Positions 18,955 through 28,725 of a stretch of 40,606 nucleotides of DNA are shown piece by piece (positions within the stretch are counted from its first letter, which is position 1; every line of letters begins with the position of its first letter). The notes under the pieces are model-generated. The model was not told where the DNA came from. It made no database searches and saw nothing but the letters and a program-made list of their open reading frames with translations. This DNA is from a virus. Where the stretch lies: positions 1-40,606 of the IMG/VR virus record IMGVR_UViG_3300020185_000107, one strand, 5' to 3'. Made by a program: the position numbers and the translations under genes.

Positions 18955-20414
18955 ACCCAGAACCTTTTACTTTTTTGGTCAGCAGGATTGTTACCCAACG
19001 GTTTCAAACCAAACTTCTTCTGTCTTCTTGTGCTAGATGATCTTCCGACTTCGCCATCTGTAATTTTAGCAAAGTCGGAAGAAAGTAAACCAGCACCAAC
19101 AAGTTTGCCCGTAAATTTGTCGTTGTCGTAATTTGCAGGGTCTCTCAACTTAGATCGAATTTCATCGATGGTAGGATCACGATCAAACAATTTTTCATAG
19201 TCATCCGTTTTTAGTATTTTCGCAATCAACGAATCAGGATCATCAATGTCTGTATCTATAATCACTTTACGGATACCGAAATTACTGACGGCAAGGTGAG
19301 GAACGATAAGTTCCGATGTTGGTTCCGGTGCCGATGGTGCGGTTTCAATGAACGGAAAAATGGTTTCGTATTTCTTAGGTTCTCCTGATGCTGTCGCACC
19401 TTCAGCAGTGCCCATTTTCGCAGGTGCTACTTTAGCATAAGCAGAATTCCCTGCTAAATTTGCGAAGTCTGCCGTGATTGCTTCTGCTGCTTTACCTACC
19501 AGAGTTCCATAAAACGTTGTGCCGCCGTTTCCTTCTCCGTCTGGTGGTCCTGAATATGCTTTGCCATAGTGATCTACCAAAGTTCCACCAATGGTGCCTT
19601 TGGTGCCAAGAACAGATACAGTAAGACCTGTGATATTAGTTGTTTCGGATGATGCTGCCCATTCTTTTTCAGCAGTGGTGATAAGTGATCCACCCGAAGT
19701 AAGTTCAACATCACCTTGAACCCAATTTTTCTGAGTTCCTTTAACGAATAGGTTGTTGTCACCTAAAATAGTGTCAGAATTAGTTTTAACTATCTTAGTA
19801 CTTTTAGACCCTTTGATCGTTGTATTATCATTTTTGTCAATTGTTTTAGTATGACTTCCGTGTATGACATCTTCTTTGTTACCCGCAACATCTAAATTGT
19901 AATTCCCGTCAACGGTTACATTATAGTCGCCGGTTACTCGCACGTTTAAGTTTCCTTTGTAAACGAGGTTCCCTTCGCCTTCTACAATAACAGTATGGTC
20001 ACCACCAGTAACCTCAACTTTTTTATTTACTGCTGAAAACAAAATAGAGCCGTCTGCGCGTAATTCTAATCCAGCACCAGAACGATGTTTCATTAACATT
20101 CTTTCTCCACCAGGAGTATCATCTATTTCCCAAGAATGTCCCGATGCGGTTTGCTGCACTTGGTTATAAGGATACTGTGAAGGTTTCTGATCTGATAATT
20201 CAATCGACACACCTATATCACCACCACTATTATATAATTTAGAAGTAGTCTCACCTTTGGCGGATTTATTAGTTGAGGATCCGAAAAAATAATCTTGTTT
20301 AGGAAATTCTCCGCTGGCGTCACTAAACCCTGTGCGAGAAACGCCTTCGGTTTCTTCTTTACCTTCGCCTATAACTTGAATACGTTTAGATATATTATCT
20401 TTATTGGTTGTCAT
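18951..20414 (-). CDS. gp5: gp5 C-terminal portion (tail spike beta-helix) as a stand-alone gene
   Basis: YPYNQVQQTASGH.WEIDDTPGGER..MKHRSG..LE...DG followed by V.G.....V.G octapeptide-type beta-helix repeats (VTGGDHTVIVEGEGNLVYKGNLNVRVTGDYNVTVDGNY). Confidence 0.82.
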   Translation of the reverse strand: MTTNKDNISKRIQVIGEGKEETEGVSRTGFSDASGEFPKQDYFFGSSTNKSAKGETTSKLYNSGGDIGVSIELSDQKPSQYPYNQVQQTASGHSWEIDDTPGGERMLMKHRSGAGLELRADGSILFSAVNKKVEVTGGDHTVIVEGEGNLVYKGNLNVRVTGDYNVTVDGNYNLDVAGNKEDVIHGSHTKTIDKNDNTTIKGSKSTKIVKTNSDTILGDNNLFVKGTQKNWVQGDVELTSGGSLITTAEKEWAASSETTNITGLTVSVLGTKGTIGGTLVDHYGKAYSGPPDGEGNGGTTFYGTLVGKAAEAITADFANLAGNSAYAKVAPAKMGTAEGATASGEPKKYETIFPFIETAPSAPEPTSELIVPHLAVSNFGIRKVIIDTDIDDPDSLIAKILKTDDYEKLFDRDPTIDEIRSKLRDPANYDNDKFTGKLVGAGLLSSDFAKITDGEVGRSSSTRRQKKFGLKPLGNNPADQKSKRFWV

Positions 20415-22285
20415 TATGGTATCTTCGCTGTAATTAGTTCACTAGGAGAAAAAGGTCCACGTGCAGACGGATCTTCGAATAGACTTTTCTTACCGAACAG
20501 ATCTTCTACATAATCCCTAACATCGAATCCTGGGTCTTGTTCGAACTGATCCACGTCATTATGTCCTAGTATTTGACCACCTGGAAAACGATTATAGAAT
20601 GCCTGACAAAACTCTCGGAAAGTATTCATCTGAGATAAGGTAAGAGAAGAAGCGCTTCGATACGTGGTAGGAAAATCTGTACCAGACGGCGCATTAATAC
20701 CACCAACAAAAGCAAGACCTATGCTATATTCGTCATGCCCATTTTCTGATGCATGGTCACCTTTCACATTAACAGGTCGCCCTCTCTGTAAGGAACCATC
20801 TCTGCGTATAACGTAATGATATCCTATTCCGTTTATACCTAGTTCGATATGAGTTCTATTAAGTTCTTCTGATCCTATATTTTTATTCGAATATGTATCA
20901 GTCCAGTGCACAACTACTTCTGTTACCTCACGATTAATTTTAGCAATTTCTGCTTCAAGTTCTTCAACCGAAGACACATATGTGAAAACTGATTGTGCAT
21001 TCGTGTATTTCTCAGTGGATTCCATTTCAAAAGGATTAGCAAAAGCAGATTCTTCGTTCTCTGACAAAACCGTTCCAGCAATAGTAGTATCCAAATCATT
21101 TAAACTTGCTTTTATTTCTTCAACGGATTTTCCCGATGCTTTTGCAATAGCATCCGTTGCTTTATCTTGTTCTTCCTGAGTTCCTTGTGACCATGCAATT
21201 ATTTGATCACGTTCTACTGCGTCTAATGTAGGAGCAAGTTCTAGAATTTTAGAATTGCCAGCATTTGATAATTTTTCTGTGGCAGCTTGTAATACACCCG
21301 ATTTCGAACCACCAAGAATATTAGTAGCAATGAAATTAAAACCGGTTTTACCTTCAATCAATTTATCGAGTTTGTCAACGACCCCGCCCTTAACCGCGTC
21401 AAATACGGCATCTCCTAATTTTCCAGTCTGCCCCGCAAAATCTGTTTTTAATTTATCAGAGTTAATACTAATACCCGTAGTGATTCTGTTCGAAACCTCA
21501 TTGACACTGCCAGATACGGCACCTGTAATTGAATCTCCTAACGTACCTAATGCGGCGTTTCCACCAGAACCTGCTGCTACACCCGCTAAGTTCTTACCCA
21601 CATCCGCCTGCACTCCGCCAGGCAAAGCGACTTTCGCTGCTGCACCTGCAACAGCACCTTCAATACCTGCCTTTGCAGTATCAGCAATATCGTTTGCTTT
21701 GGCGGTAAGTTCATTTAGTTTATCGACAGAAGGAAAAGCACCTATACCACCTTTCATTTTTTCTAAAAGACTCGACGCACCTTTGGGCATAACATTACCC
21801 GCAACCTTCTGTACGTATCCACTAAAAACGTTCAACCCTGTTACTTTGGCAAGAACAGCATTTATAGATTCATCGACTTGAGATGATACATCGGCAGATG
21901 CCTGTTCCAAACGTACATTTCCGTCAGAATCCGGTTCGCTCCATGTTAGAGCAAGTTTTATACCATCGGTTTTTTTACTCATCCCAGATAAAATACCTTC
22001 ACCGGCATCGTTAATCGCGCCATCTAATGCTGTCAATTTATCTGTGATGACACCTTCGACTGCTCCTGAATTTAATTTTCCCGTAACATCTTTTGATAGT
22101 GAACTAATACTTTCAACACCACCGTTAATTTCACCTACGACTTGTCCAACCTTAGTTTCGACAGCGTTTTTAGTGGAGGATTTCAAAGCATCTGCTTTAG
22201 AAGTAACACTTGCCTGATAATTCGCAGCAGTTGTTTTTACGTCATTTTTAATAGATGATTGCACATCACTTTTTTTAATACTCAT
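20414..22285 (-). CDS. Long Ala/Gly/Lys/Ser-rich N-terminus fused to a C-terminal N-acetylmuramoyl-L-alanine amidase (Amidase_2, T7 lysozyme-like)
   Basis: C-terminal motifs VVVHWTDT, GIGYHYVIRRDG.LQRGRP, GDHA, SIGLAFVGG and GHNDVDQFEQDPGFDV match the T7 gp3.5/AmpD Zn-amidase pattern. Confidence 0.85.
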   Translation of the reverse strand: MSIKKSDVQSSIKNDVKTTAANYQASVTSKADALKSSTKNAVETKVGQVVGEINGGVESISSLSKDVTGKLNSGAVEGVITDKLTALDGAINDAGEGILSGMSKKTDGIKLALTWSEPDSDGNVRLEQASADVSSQVDESINAVLAKVTGLNVFSGYVQKVAGNVMPKGASSLLEKMKGGIGAFPSVDKLNELTAKANDIADTAKAGIEGAVAGAAAKVALPGGVQADVGKNLAGVAAGSGGNAALGTLGDSITGAVSGSVNEVSNRITTGISINSDKLKTDFAGQTGKLGDAVFDAVKGGVVDKLDKLIEGKTGFNFIATNILGGSKSGVLQAATEKLSNAGNSKILELAPTLDAVERDQIIAWSQGTQEEQDKATDAIAKASGKSVEEIKASLNDLDTTIAGTVLSENEESAFANPFEMESTEKYTNAQSVFTYVSSVEELEAEIAKINREVTEVVVHWTDTYSNKNIGSEELNRTHIELGINGIGYHYVIRRDGSLQRGRPVNVKGDHASENGHDEYSIGLAFVGGINAPSGTDFPTTYRSASSLTLSQMNTFREFCQAFYNRFPGGQILGHNDVDQFEQDPGFDVRDYVEDLFGKKSLFEDPSARGPFSPSELITAKIP

Positions 22286-23151
22286 GATAAGACCTCATCA
22301 AATGCCGCTTCGGATTTAGACAAAGGATTATTTAATTTTCCTTGTATATAATATTTAGTGATTGCTTCGGATGCCTCTTGTATAGTCTTCGATTGTTTCA
22401 ATTTCTTATTAGCAAGATTTTGGGTCGTGCGTAATTCGTATACAACAAATTGCAATTGTGTCGAATATGTTTTCCAAGTATCTTTTGGATCGAACAAAGA
22501 ACCAAATTTAATTAATTGTTGATAGCGATTACCTTTCTTAACATCCCATTTACCTATACCTTCTTCATCACCGTCACTCTCATCCGAAGAATACGTTTCA
22601 AAATTCGATGCTGATTCTAAGTTTCCAGTAATCGCTGCGCTTTCCATAGGAGTATAACCGTTGTCAATAAAAAACTTCAATGCTTGACTTCGTCTTCTTG
22701 CAACACTTCTGCCTGTTCTAGAATCGTCATCATCAATAAAAACATTAACCACGTTTTGTTGTTTCTCTTGTTCTGTACTAAAAGAAAATTCTTTTTGACC
22801 ATCTCTTCTTTGAACCTCCGTAGGAAGTTCGATCCGAGGGAAACTTCCCATGACCAGAGGCAACTGAGACGTTTTCCCATCAAGAAACATACCGAACACA
22901 AAACTGCCCGAAGTTAATTGTGATATTCTACCGAGTCCTGATATTCCACCTTCTGTATTAGGTATAAGCACTTGCGCCCATGGCAAATCACTTTCGCTGA
23001 TATCGCCCGTATATTGATTATGAACACCATATATTCGTATTCTAACACGTCCCTCAAATCCTGCGGGGGGTGTTGAGTTAACTACCGTTGCTACAAACCA
23101 ACGTATATCGTCCCCATAATATTCTTTGGGTAAAGAATTAGGAAAAATCAT
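22282..23151 (-). CDS. gp5: gp5 N-terminal OB-fold domain fused to a phage-tail-lysozyme-like domain
   Basis: WFVATVVN.....GRVRIRIYGVH...I.E.DLPWA.VL.P.T.GGISG.G....L..GS.V.G.FLDG...QLP.VMGS is the gp5 OB-fold. The C-terminal GYTP...AAITGNL...S...G.EGIGKW...R...L..F...TQLQFVVYEL fits Phage_lysozyme2. Confidence 0.82.
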   Translation of the reverse strand: MIFPNSLPKEYYGDDIRWFVATVVNSTPPAGFEGRVRIRIYGVHNQYTGDISESDLPWAQVLIPNTEGGISGLGRISQLTSGSFVFGMFLDGKTSQLPLVMGSFPRIELPTEVQRRDGQKEFSFSTEQEKQQNVVNVFIDDDDSRTGRSVARRRSQALKFFIDNGYTPMESAAITGNLESASNFETYSSDESDGDEEGIGKWDVKKGNRYQQLIKFGSLFDPKDTWKTYSTQLQFVVYELRTTQNLANKKLKQSKTIQEASEAITKYYIQGKLNNPLSKSEAAFDEVLS

Positions 23152-24473
23152 GATATAGCCTCAGCAGGTCTGTTAAGTTTCGTCAACTCACAAGTAACGG
23201 TATGTGTCGTTTCCCGAAACACGTGTTTAGTTTTATACACAAGGTAATCTCCCGTCCAACGTTCATCATATATTTTTTCAGAACTTTCTTCGGGAGACAA
23301 CACATTCAATCTACATTTATCGCCTACTGATGCTTTCGCTAATAGAAAAGCAATTCCAGGAACAACAATGGTTATCATATTACCAAGAAGTGCTTGACGT
23401 ATAATATTGTTTTTAACCTTTAACGCAAAATCTGCGTTTGATATATCATCGTGGTATGTTTTATAATCTGGGTACATATTAGACGATGTTACCTGATGCC
23501 AATAGATCGAATTAAAGTCATCCAAATCTCGATCTTCAATTTCTTGGTTTTCGTCATACACGTCTTGCTGAGAACTAGGATCAATAATTTCGTTCTGTTG
23601 TAGACTTTGTAGTATCGAATGTATCGAAACACGTGATCGATATGAGATTCCAGTTGCAACGTCTGTGTTAGTGTAAAAGCTACCATGAACACCTTCTTCA
23701 ATTTGTAACATACTGTCAACGGGTGAACCAAAATCCATGTGTAAAACCGTTGTTGAAGCACTGGCAGGATCTAACGAAGTTGCTGCATTAGTTGCTGCTT
23801 GTGAGTATGTGTAAGGCACCTTAGAATTAAATGATTCTTGCACTAACATCGCGTCTAAATCGCCCAACCGTATATTATCATCGTGTATGGACGCATATAG
23901 AAAAAACGGTGATCCGAAATCAGTAGTTGCTCGATCCACTAAAACTTCGCATGCTTCTAACGGTGTGAGATATGGAACGATATATTTACGCTCACCTTGT
24001 GCACTAATACCATTAGTCAAGTATGACAAATCAACAGTTTTGTTTAATTCACTATTTAAAATTTGAGTAATGGTTTTTTCAAGTGATCCGGTATATGCTC
24101 TACTAAATGGTTTTAAAGCATTTACATACGCATGAAGTTCAATCATATCGAACAGATATGTTGAGGAAGTATCATTAACACGAACATTTTTTCTCAAAGA
24201 ATATAATAAGAAAGTTTTATCTATTATAGGATCTGAGTTTTCTTCTGCACCGGCAATACGTATGGTAAGATACTCTGTGCCCTTAAACGAAATTTTACTA
24301 AAAAATCCAGTGTCATCCGTAATGACAACAGTACCCGACAACGAAGATGCTTCTAAGTCTTCGTATATAATGATTTCGAAAATATTAGCACTAACTTCAA
24401 TTTCTTTTTCGAGGAAACGATCAGCAGTGATAAATGCTTCAACAATCTTAAATTGTTGGTCTTGTCCTGCCAT
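23148..24473 (-). CDS. Baseplate hub protein (gp27-like)
   Basis: 441 aa between gp53 and gp5. N-terminal IIIYEDL...LSG.V.ITD...FF..I.F.G.E.L.I, a middle YIVPY.TP.EA..V...RA...GSPFFLY and a C-terminal I.VPG......VGD...L....SGDYLV....H.F are typical of hub proteins. Confidence 0.72.
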   Translation of the reverse strand: MAGQDQQFKIVEAFITADRFLEKEIEVSANIFEIIIYEDLEASSLSGTVVITDDTGFFSKISFKGTEYLTIRIAGAEENSDPIIDKTFLLYSLRKNVRVNDTSSTYLFDMIELHAYVNALKPFSRAYTGSLEKTITQILNSELNKTVDLSYLTNGISAQGERKYIVPYLTPLEACEVLVDRATTDFGSPFFLYASIHDDNIRLGDLDAMLVQESFNSKVPYTYSQAATNAATSLDPASASTTVLHMDFGSPVDSMLQIEEGVHGSFYTNTDVATGISYRSRVSIHSILQSLQQNEIIDPSSQQDVYDENQEIEDRDLDDFNSIYWHQVTSSNMYPDYKTYHDDISNADFALKVKNNIIRQALLGNMITIVVPGIAFLLAKASVGDKCRLNVLSPEESSEKIYDERWTGDYLVYKTKHVFRETTHTVTCELTKLNRPAEAIS

Positions 24474-24475
24474 AA

Positions 24476-25729
24476 TTAACCTTTAACCAATCGCTGGAAT
24501 TCCGAAGTCAGTCGTGCTATTAAACTGGGTTTTATGATTCTAATTTTAGATGCTGCTTCATTAGATGCTTTGACGTAATCATAATTAGAAATAATCGCAC
24601 CAGAAGGTGCGGAAATATTTATAGTGCCTCCATCAGGGTAAGGGGGAGGTGCAATATCTACACCGTCTACTATATTAACAGGATATACGGCATCTAACCA
24701 CTCACCGGCAGAGTTTTCATAATGATGAAGAGCATCCGGTTCGATAACTATACTGCTTATAGAAACGGTATTAACTTCATCTTGGGATTTAATTTCAGTA
24801 ATGCTAGGAACCAAAGGATGAAATTCTTTACCTGTTCTGACCTCATCTCTGATAGTTATTTGCCCATAATCAAAGTTTCGAAAAACATCCAGACCACCCC
24901 AGAAAGTAAAAGTTTCGTTAGTGAAAGGTTGGGTTGTCGGTTTATCGATTGTAATAACACTGTCTGTTATTTTAGTAATCTTACTGCCTGATTGAATACC
25001 GGTTCCAGTCACATAATCATTAATTCTAAGATCCAATCCTGCATGTGAGTCAACATATAGATCATAGGCACTGCCGCCCCAAAAGGTGAAAGTTGTAGGG
25101 AAAGAACCATCAACAGTTTCATAGTCATCTTCGGTAATAGCAGACAATGTTAAAATGTTAAGGTCTCGGTCTATTGCAGTTACCGTAGTTCCAACAGTTA
25201 TATGCAAACCCGATATATTCATTCCTTCAACAATACCATCAGTGCTGTTAACGGTTATGGTATTACCTGGTTGATTAAGTTCTACACTAGTGGCAGTTGA
25301 AAGGGTAGAGGTAAACGTGCTGGCAACAGTCCCAGAACTAGTAGTTGATCCTAAAACATATTTCCATTTGCTACCTTCAACAAAAAGATTAAAATCATCA
25401 GTAGCGGGAGGATAAAATACAGCACCTTTAAATAATTTTACTACATAAGACTCAAACCTTTCTTGATCCAATGGCCACCCCGCCTCTCTAAGAGCAGGGT
25501 TCATTAAGTAGAACGTCCAATAATGATCAGTAGATCCGTAAATTTTCTGAGACAACGTATCTGGTCGTTCACCGTTTTGGATATAGTAATAATCGTAAAA
25601 TGATATCAGGTCATCAACTTGGTCTAGGAGATCAACGTAAATAGATAAGTCTTCTACTAGAATTCGTGTGGACTCATCTTCGTTGCCAAAGCGATATTCG
25701 ACTAAGGAAAAGTTTTTAAAATAAGACAT
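24476..25729 (-). CDS. gp53: Baseplate wedge subunit gp53 with an internal duplicated insert
   Basis: MSYFKNF..VEY...YYIQNGERPDTLS.KIYGS.D.YWTFYLMN...WPL (LysM-like gp53 core) and C-terminal SNYDY....NE...KIRIIKP. Confidence 0.85.
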   Translation of the reverse strand: MSYFKNFSLVEYRFGNEDESTRILVEDLSIYVDLLDQVDDLISFYDYYYIQNGERPDTLSQKIYGSTDHYWTFYLMNPALREAGWPLDQERFESYVVKLFKGAVFYPPATDDFNLFVEGSKWKYVLGSTTSSGTVASTFTSTLSTATSVELNQPGNTITVNSTDGIVEGMNISGLHITVGTTVTAIDRDLNILTLSAITEDDYETVDGSFPTTFTFWGGSAYDLYVDSHAGLDLRINDYVTGTGIQSGSKITKITDSVITIDKPTTQPFTNETFTFWGGLDVFRNFDYGQITIRDEVRTGKEFHPLVPSITEIKSQDEVNTVSISSIVIEPDALHHYENSAGEWLDAVYPVNIVDGVDIAPPPYPDGGTINISAPSGAIISNYDYVKASNEAASKIRIIKPSLIARLTSEFQRLVKG

Positions 25730-26877
25730 TAGTAACCCTGCTTCACGAGTTTACGTGTAAGTGCTTTACTTTCCGAGAACTGCAATTGAATACTAACATC
25801 GGAAGGATATCCATCTTCGTGGAATCCCATACCTTGTTCATTATAGCTTGTAGTTACGGTAGTTAAATATGCATCAAGAAATTTATTCCCCACAGTTTTA
25901 CCTTTGTAGGTCGTTGTTATTTCGAAAGGATCAGGAAATTTATACCCCAGTGCTACCTCTGCACCACCAATAGTTCCTGTAATTTCATCTGGGTATAATT
26001 GATACCGGAAAAAATTAATAATACTTTGTATCTCTCGCGCCTCATCTCGTGATTGTGCGATCAGTCTAAACGAAAAAGGAATAGTTCTAACAGGAACACT
26101 TTCCAATAACATTCTTAAATTCGGATTAGTTGCCACACGAGTCGCAGATTTGACTCCTGCTCCAATTTCTTGTGTACCTAATGCTTCGGCAGTTCGTGTT
26201 AGTGCTAACGCGGCAGCATCTTTATCTACGCCAGCACCGTCAAACAAACTTGTAAAGGAATCAATTCCCTGAGTCAAACCAGCACCTACTGCGTTCAGAG
26301 CACTTGCACCGTTACTTAATCCTGCTTCTACACCAGCGCCAATAGTCCCTAGTGGTACACCTCTGTAGTCAACTGCATCTGACACCACATGATTAGTCGG
26401 AAGATATAGTGTCACGGACCCCGCATATTTTTTTTGGGCAGCAGGATTTTCGTAACTGTTCTGTCCTGATCCTTTTAATTTTTGTGCGCTTTTGTTTGCA
26501 AGTTCGGTTCGCTTTTTAGATTCGATAGGGGACGTATCCGTTTTTTTATCGATCTTGTTATCTAATTTTGATAATGTTTCTTTGCTCAACAATTCATCAA
26601 CAAAATTTAAATTCCCTAATGTTGCCCCTGTTAATGGACTTAATTCAACAATACGAAATCTAACCTGCCCTTGATAAAGATCCTGGTCTCTTTTTGGGTA
26701 TCGTAGTTTATCTGTCTTATTACTGTTAAAACCAGTTGACTGAGATGCTGTAACAGCAGCAGGAGTCGAAGATTTAGTCGAAATAGTTTTACCGTCAGAC
26801 AAAGCATCACGGGTTTTCTGTTTTCCCTCTTCTAATGCTTTTTGTGCTCTTCTTTTTAATGTCCCACGTGTTGCCAT
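25729..26877 (-). CDS. gp48: Baseplate tail-tube cap gp48
   Basis: SVTLYLP....SD.V.Y, NPN..ML.ESV..R...FSF.L.AQS..EA..I..II.FFR...YP, YKFPD.FEI and LT.V...Y.......EDG.P....IQL.F.E. Confidence 0.85.
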   Translation of the reverse strand: MATRGTLKRRAQKALEEGKQKTRDALSDGKTISTKSSTPAAVTASQSTGFNSNKTDKLRYPKRDQDLYQGQVRFRIVELSPLTGATLGNLNFVDELLSKETLSKLDNKIDKKTDTSPIESKKRTELANKSAQKLKGSGQNSYENPAAQKKYAGSVTLYLPTNHVVSDAVDYRGVPLGTIGAGVEAGLSNGASALNAVGAGLTQGIDSFTSLFDGAGVDKDAAALALTRTAEALGTQEIGAGVKSATRVATNPNLRMLLESVPVRTIPFSFRLIAQSRDEAREIQSIINFFRYQLYPDEITGTIGGAEVALGYKFPDPFEITTTYKGKTVGNKFLDAYLTTVTTSYNEQGMGFHEDGYPSDVSIQLQFSESKALTRKLVKQGY

Positions 26878-26889
26878 TATTACTTTCCA

Positions 26890-26921
26890 TCTAAATAGAA
26901 TTTACTATGGTTTTATTTATA
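26890..26921. promoter_or_regulatory. Divergent late promoters: TATAAATA on - (26914-26921) for gp48, TCTAAATA on + (26890-26897) for gp4
   Basis: Both motifs lie in the 52-nt gap between the divergent gp48 and gp4 starts. The + strand motif has one mismatch. Confidence 0.7.
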
Positions 26922-26929
26922 GCGAATTA

Positions 26930-27421
26930 ATGGCATATTCTGGAAGGTATCGGATTAAAAACTCCGAGAAGTATAAAGGCGATCATACTAAGGTTGTGTA
27001 TCGTTCTTTGTGGGAAAAATCGTGTATGATGTATTTTGATACTTCTAGTGATGTCAAATCATGGTCTAGTGAAGAAACCGTTATACCTTACATATACGAT
27101 GTTGATAAAAAAATACACAGATACTTCATGGACTTCAAAGTAACGTGGAAAAATGGTAAAACTGTGTTGATCGAAGTTAAACCTAAAAAAGAAACCACAC
27201 CCCCTAAAAAAGTCAATGTGCGTAATAAAAGATACATGACAGAAGCATTAACTTATGTTAAAAATATGAATAAATGGGAAGCAGCAAACAATTTTGCCAA
27301 AGATCGAGGATGGGATTTTGTAATTTGGACTGAAAATGAATTATATGACAAAGGAATCATGAAAAAACCACTTAAAAAATTAAAACCCATGAAACCATAT
27401 GCCAGAAAAAAGACTAAATAA
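26930..27421 (+). CDS. gp4: Head completion nuclease gp4
   Basis: MAYSGRY...N.EKYKGD...VVYRSLWE...M.YFD....V..WSSEE.VIPY...RYFMDF...LIEVKPKKET...KWEAA..FA..RGW.F...TE. Confidence 0.95.
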   Translation: MAYSGRYRIKNSEKYKGDHTKVVYRSLWEKSCMMYFDTSSDVKSWSSEETVIPYIYDVDKKIHRYFMDFKVTWKNGKTVLIEVKPKKETTPPKKVNVRNKRYMTEALTYVKNMNKWEAANNFAKDRGWDFVIWTENELYDKGIMKKPLKKLKPMKPYARKKTK

Positions 27422-27425
27422 GCAC

Positions 27426-28007
27426 ATGAGCAATTTATTTAAAACCGTAGAACAAGAAGCATTTCGTGCTGGTATTACACCGCGCACTAGGCAGTCTCGT
27501 GACTGGTTCCGCAGAAAAGTGTCGAATATGTCGGTAAATAGGCGCAGTTTAATGCGTGAAGAAGAAATTATTTTACGTAACCGTGGTGGTGTAGGCGGGA
27601 TGTATATGTTTTTCTATGATCCAAAGACAAAAGATAAACTTCCTTATTGGGATAACTTTCCTTTAATCATTTTTGTCGAAGGAACCAAAGGCGGTTTCTA
27701 TGGTTTGAATCTTCATTATCTTCCTATGACATTGAGAGCAAAATTTTTAGATGGATTAATGGATCAGACTAATAATAATAAATTTGACGAATCGACAAGG
27801 TTCGACATTACATATTCTTATTTAAAATCCGCAGCAAAAACAAAGTATTTCAAACCGTGTTTTAAAAAGTATCTTACCTCTCATGTCGAAGGTCGATTAG
27901 CAATGGTACCCGCGCCAGAATGGGAAATAGCAACGTTCTTACCAACACAAAGTTTTAGTCGCGCAAGTCAGAGTACGGTTTGGGCAGATTCGAGGGAAAT
28001 GATATGA
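27426..28007 (+). CDS. gp2: DNA end protector protein gp2
   Basis: G.MY.FFYDPKTKDKLPYWD.FPLI.......GFYGLNLHYLP..LRA..LD and KPCFKKYL.SHV...W..A.FLP...F. I prefer the ATG at 27426 (MSNLFK) to the track start at 27399. Confidence 0.92.
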   Translation: MSNLFKTVEQEAFRAGITPRTRQSRDWFRRKVSNMSVNRRSLMREEEIILRNRGGVGGMYMFFYDPKTKDKLPYWDNFPLIIFVEGTKGGFYGLNLHYLPMTLRAKFLDGLMDQTNNNKFDESTRFDITYSYLKSAAKTKYFKPCFKKYLTSHVEGRLAMVPAPEWEIATFLPTQSFSRASQSTVWADSREMI

Positions 28008-28723
28008 CATATAGTGTCGATAAGTTTCAAGCGGAAGTTATAGGTCGTGGTGGTCCAGCACTATCTAATTTGTGGAAAGTTACCTTACCGTCACTGGGGG
28101 TATACGATACTAAAAGTATTGATTTGATTTGCAGGTCTACGGGAACACCCGGAAGAAACATTAATCAAACAGAATTAACAATAGGAATGAGCAGAAAACA
28201 AATTGCTAACGGTTATGGAATTACTCCGATTCCTATGACATTTCTGGTGTTAAACGACCCATACATTTTAGAATATTTTGAAGTATGGCAAAATCTTTGT
28301 ATCAATCAACAAACTTATGAAGTCGGTTATTATTCGGAGTATACTTTTCCAGTAAAAATCGATATTCTAAAAAAAGGACTTGCCTTTCCATTATACAAAA
28401 AAGATTTCAATGTTCCGTTACCGACTGCAATTAAAAATCGTCTTCCAACTATTGGACCGATAAACTTTGCACAAGGACAAATAGATCTTAATATCTTGAC
28501 AGACGATAAAATTGTTTATCAATACGAATTAATAGAAGCATACCCATCTGCCTTTACGGGTATGTCATTAACCAACGATCCTAACTCGAATTTACTCGAA
28601 CTAAACGTCGAGTTTTCGTATAGGGATTGGAGATCAGCAGCACTTAGTGAAAAAGGCGAAAACATTTTCGGTGAAATTGTAGACAACCTCACCGGTGGAC
28701 TATTTGATAAATTAGGATTTTAA
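28004..28723 (+). CDS. gp54: Tail-tube-fold baseplate initiator, gp54-like
   Basis: GG.A.SNL..V.LP, LIC.ST..PGR.I.......G, I.MTFL...D..I..YFE.WQ.L.I and YEL.EAYP......SL......L.EL.V.FSYR.W. ATGA overlap with the gp2 stop. Confidence 0.7.
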   Translation: MTYSVDKFQAEVIGRGGPALSNLWKVTLPSLGVYDTKSIDLICRSTGTPGRNINQTELTIGMSRKQIANGYGITPIPMTFLVLNDPYILEYFEVWQNLCINQQTYEVGYYSEYTFPVKIDILKKGLAFPLYKKDFNVPLPTAIKNRLPTIGPINFAQGQIDLNILTDDKIVYQYELIEAYPSAFTGMSLTNDPNSNLLELNVEFSYRDWRSAALSEKGENIFGEIVDNLTGGLFDKLGF

Positions 28724-28725
28724 TA

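Noticed and set aside
9837-24991. Short track ORFs nested within or antisense to the baseplate genes (e.g. 10010-10324, 12453-12806, 21255-21881)
   Set aside because: They are fully overlapped by well-supported long genes and have no motifs or RBS support.
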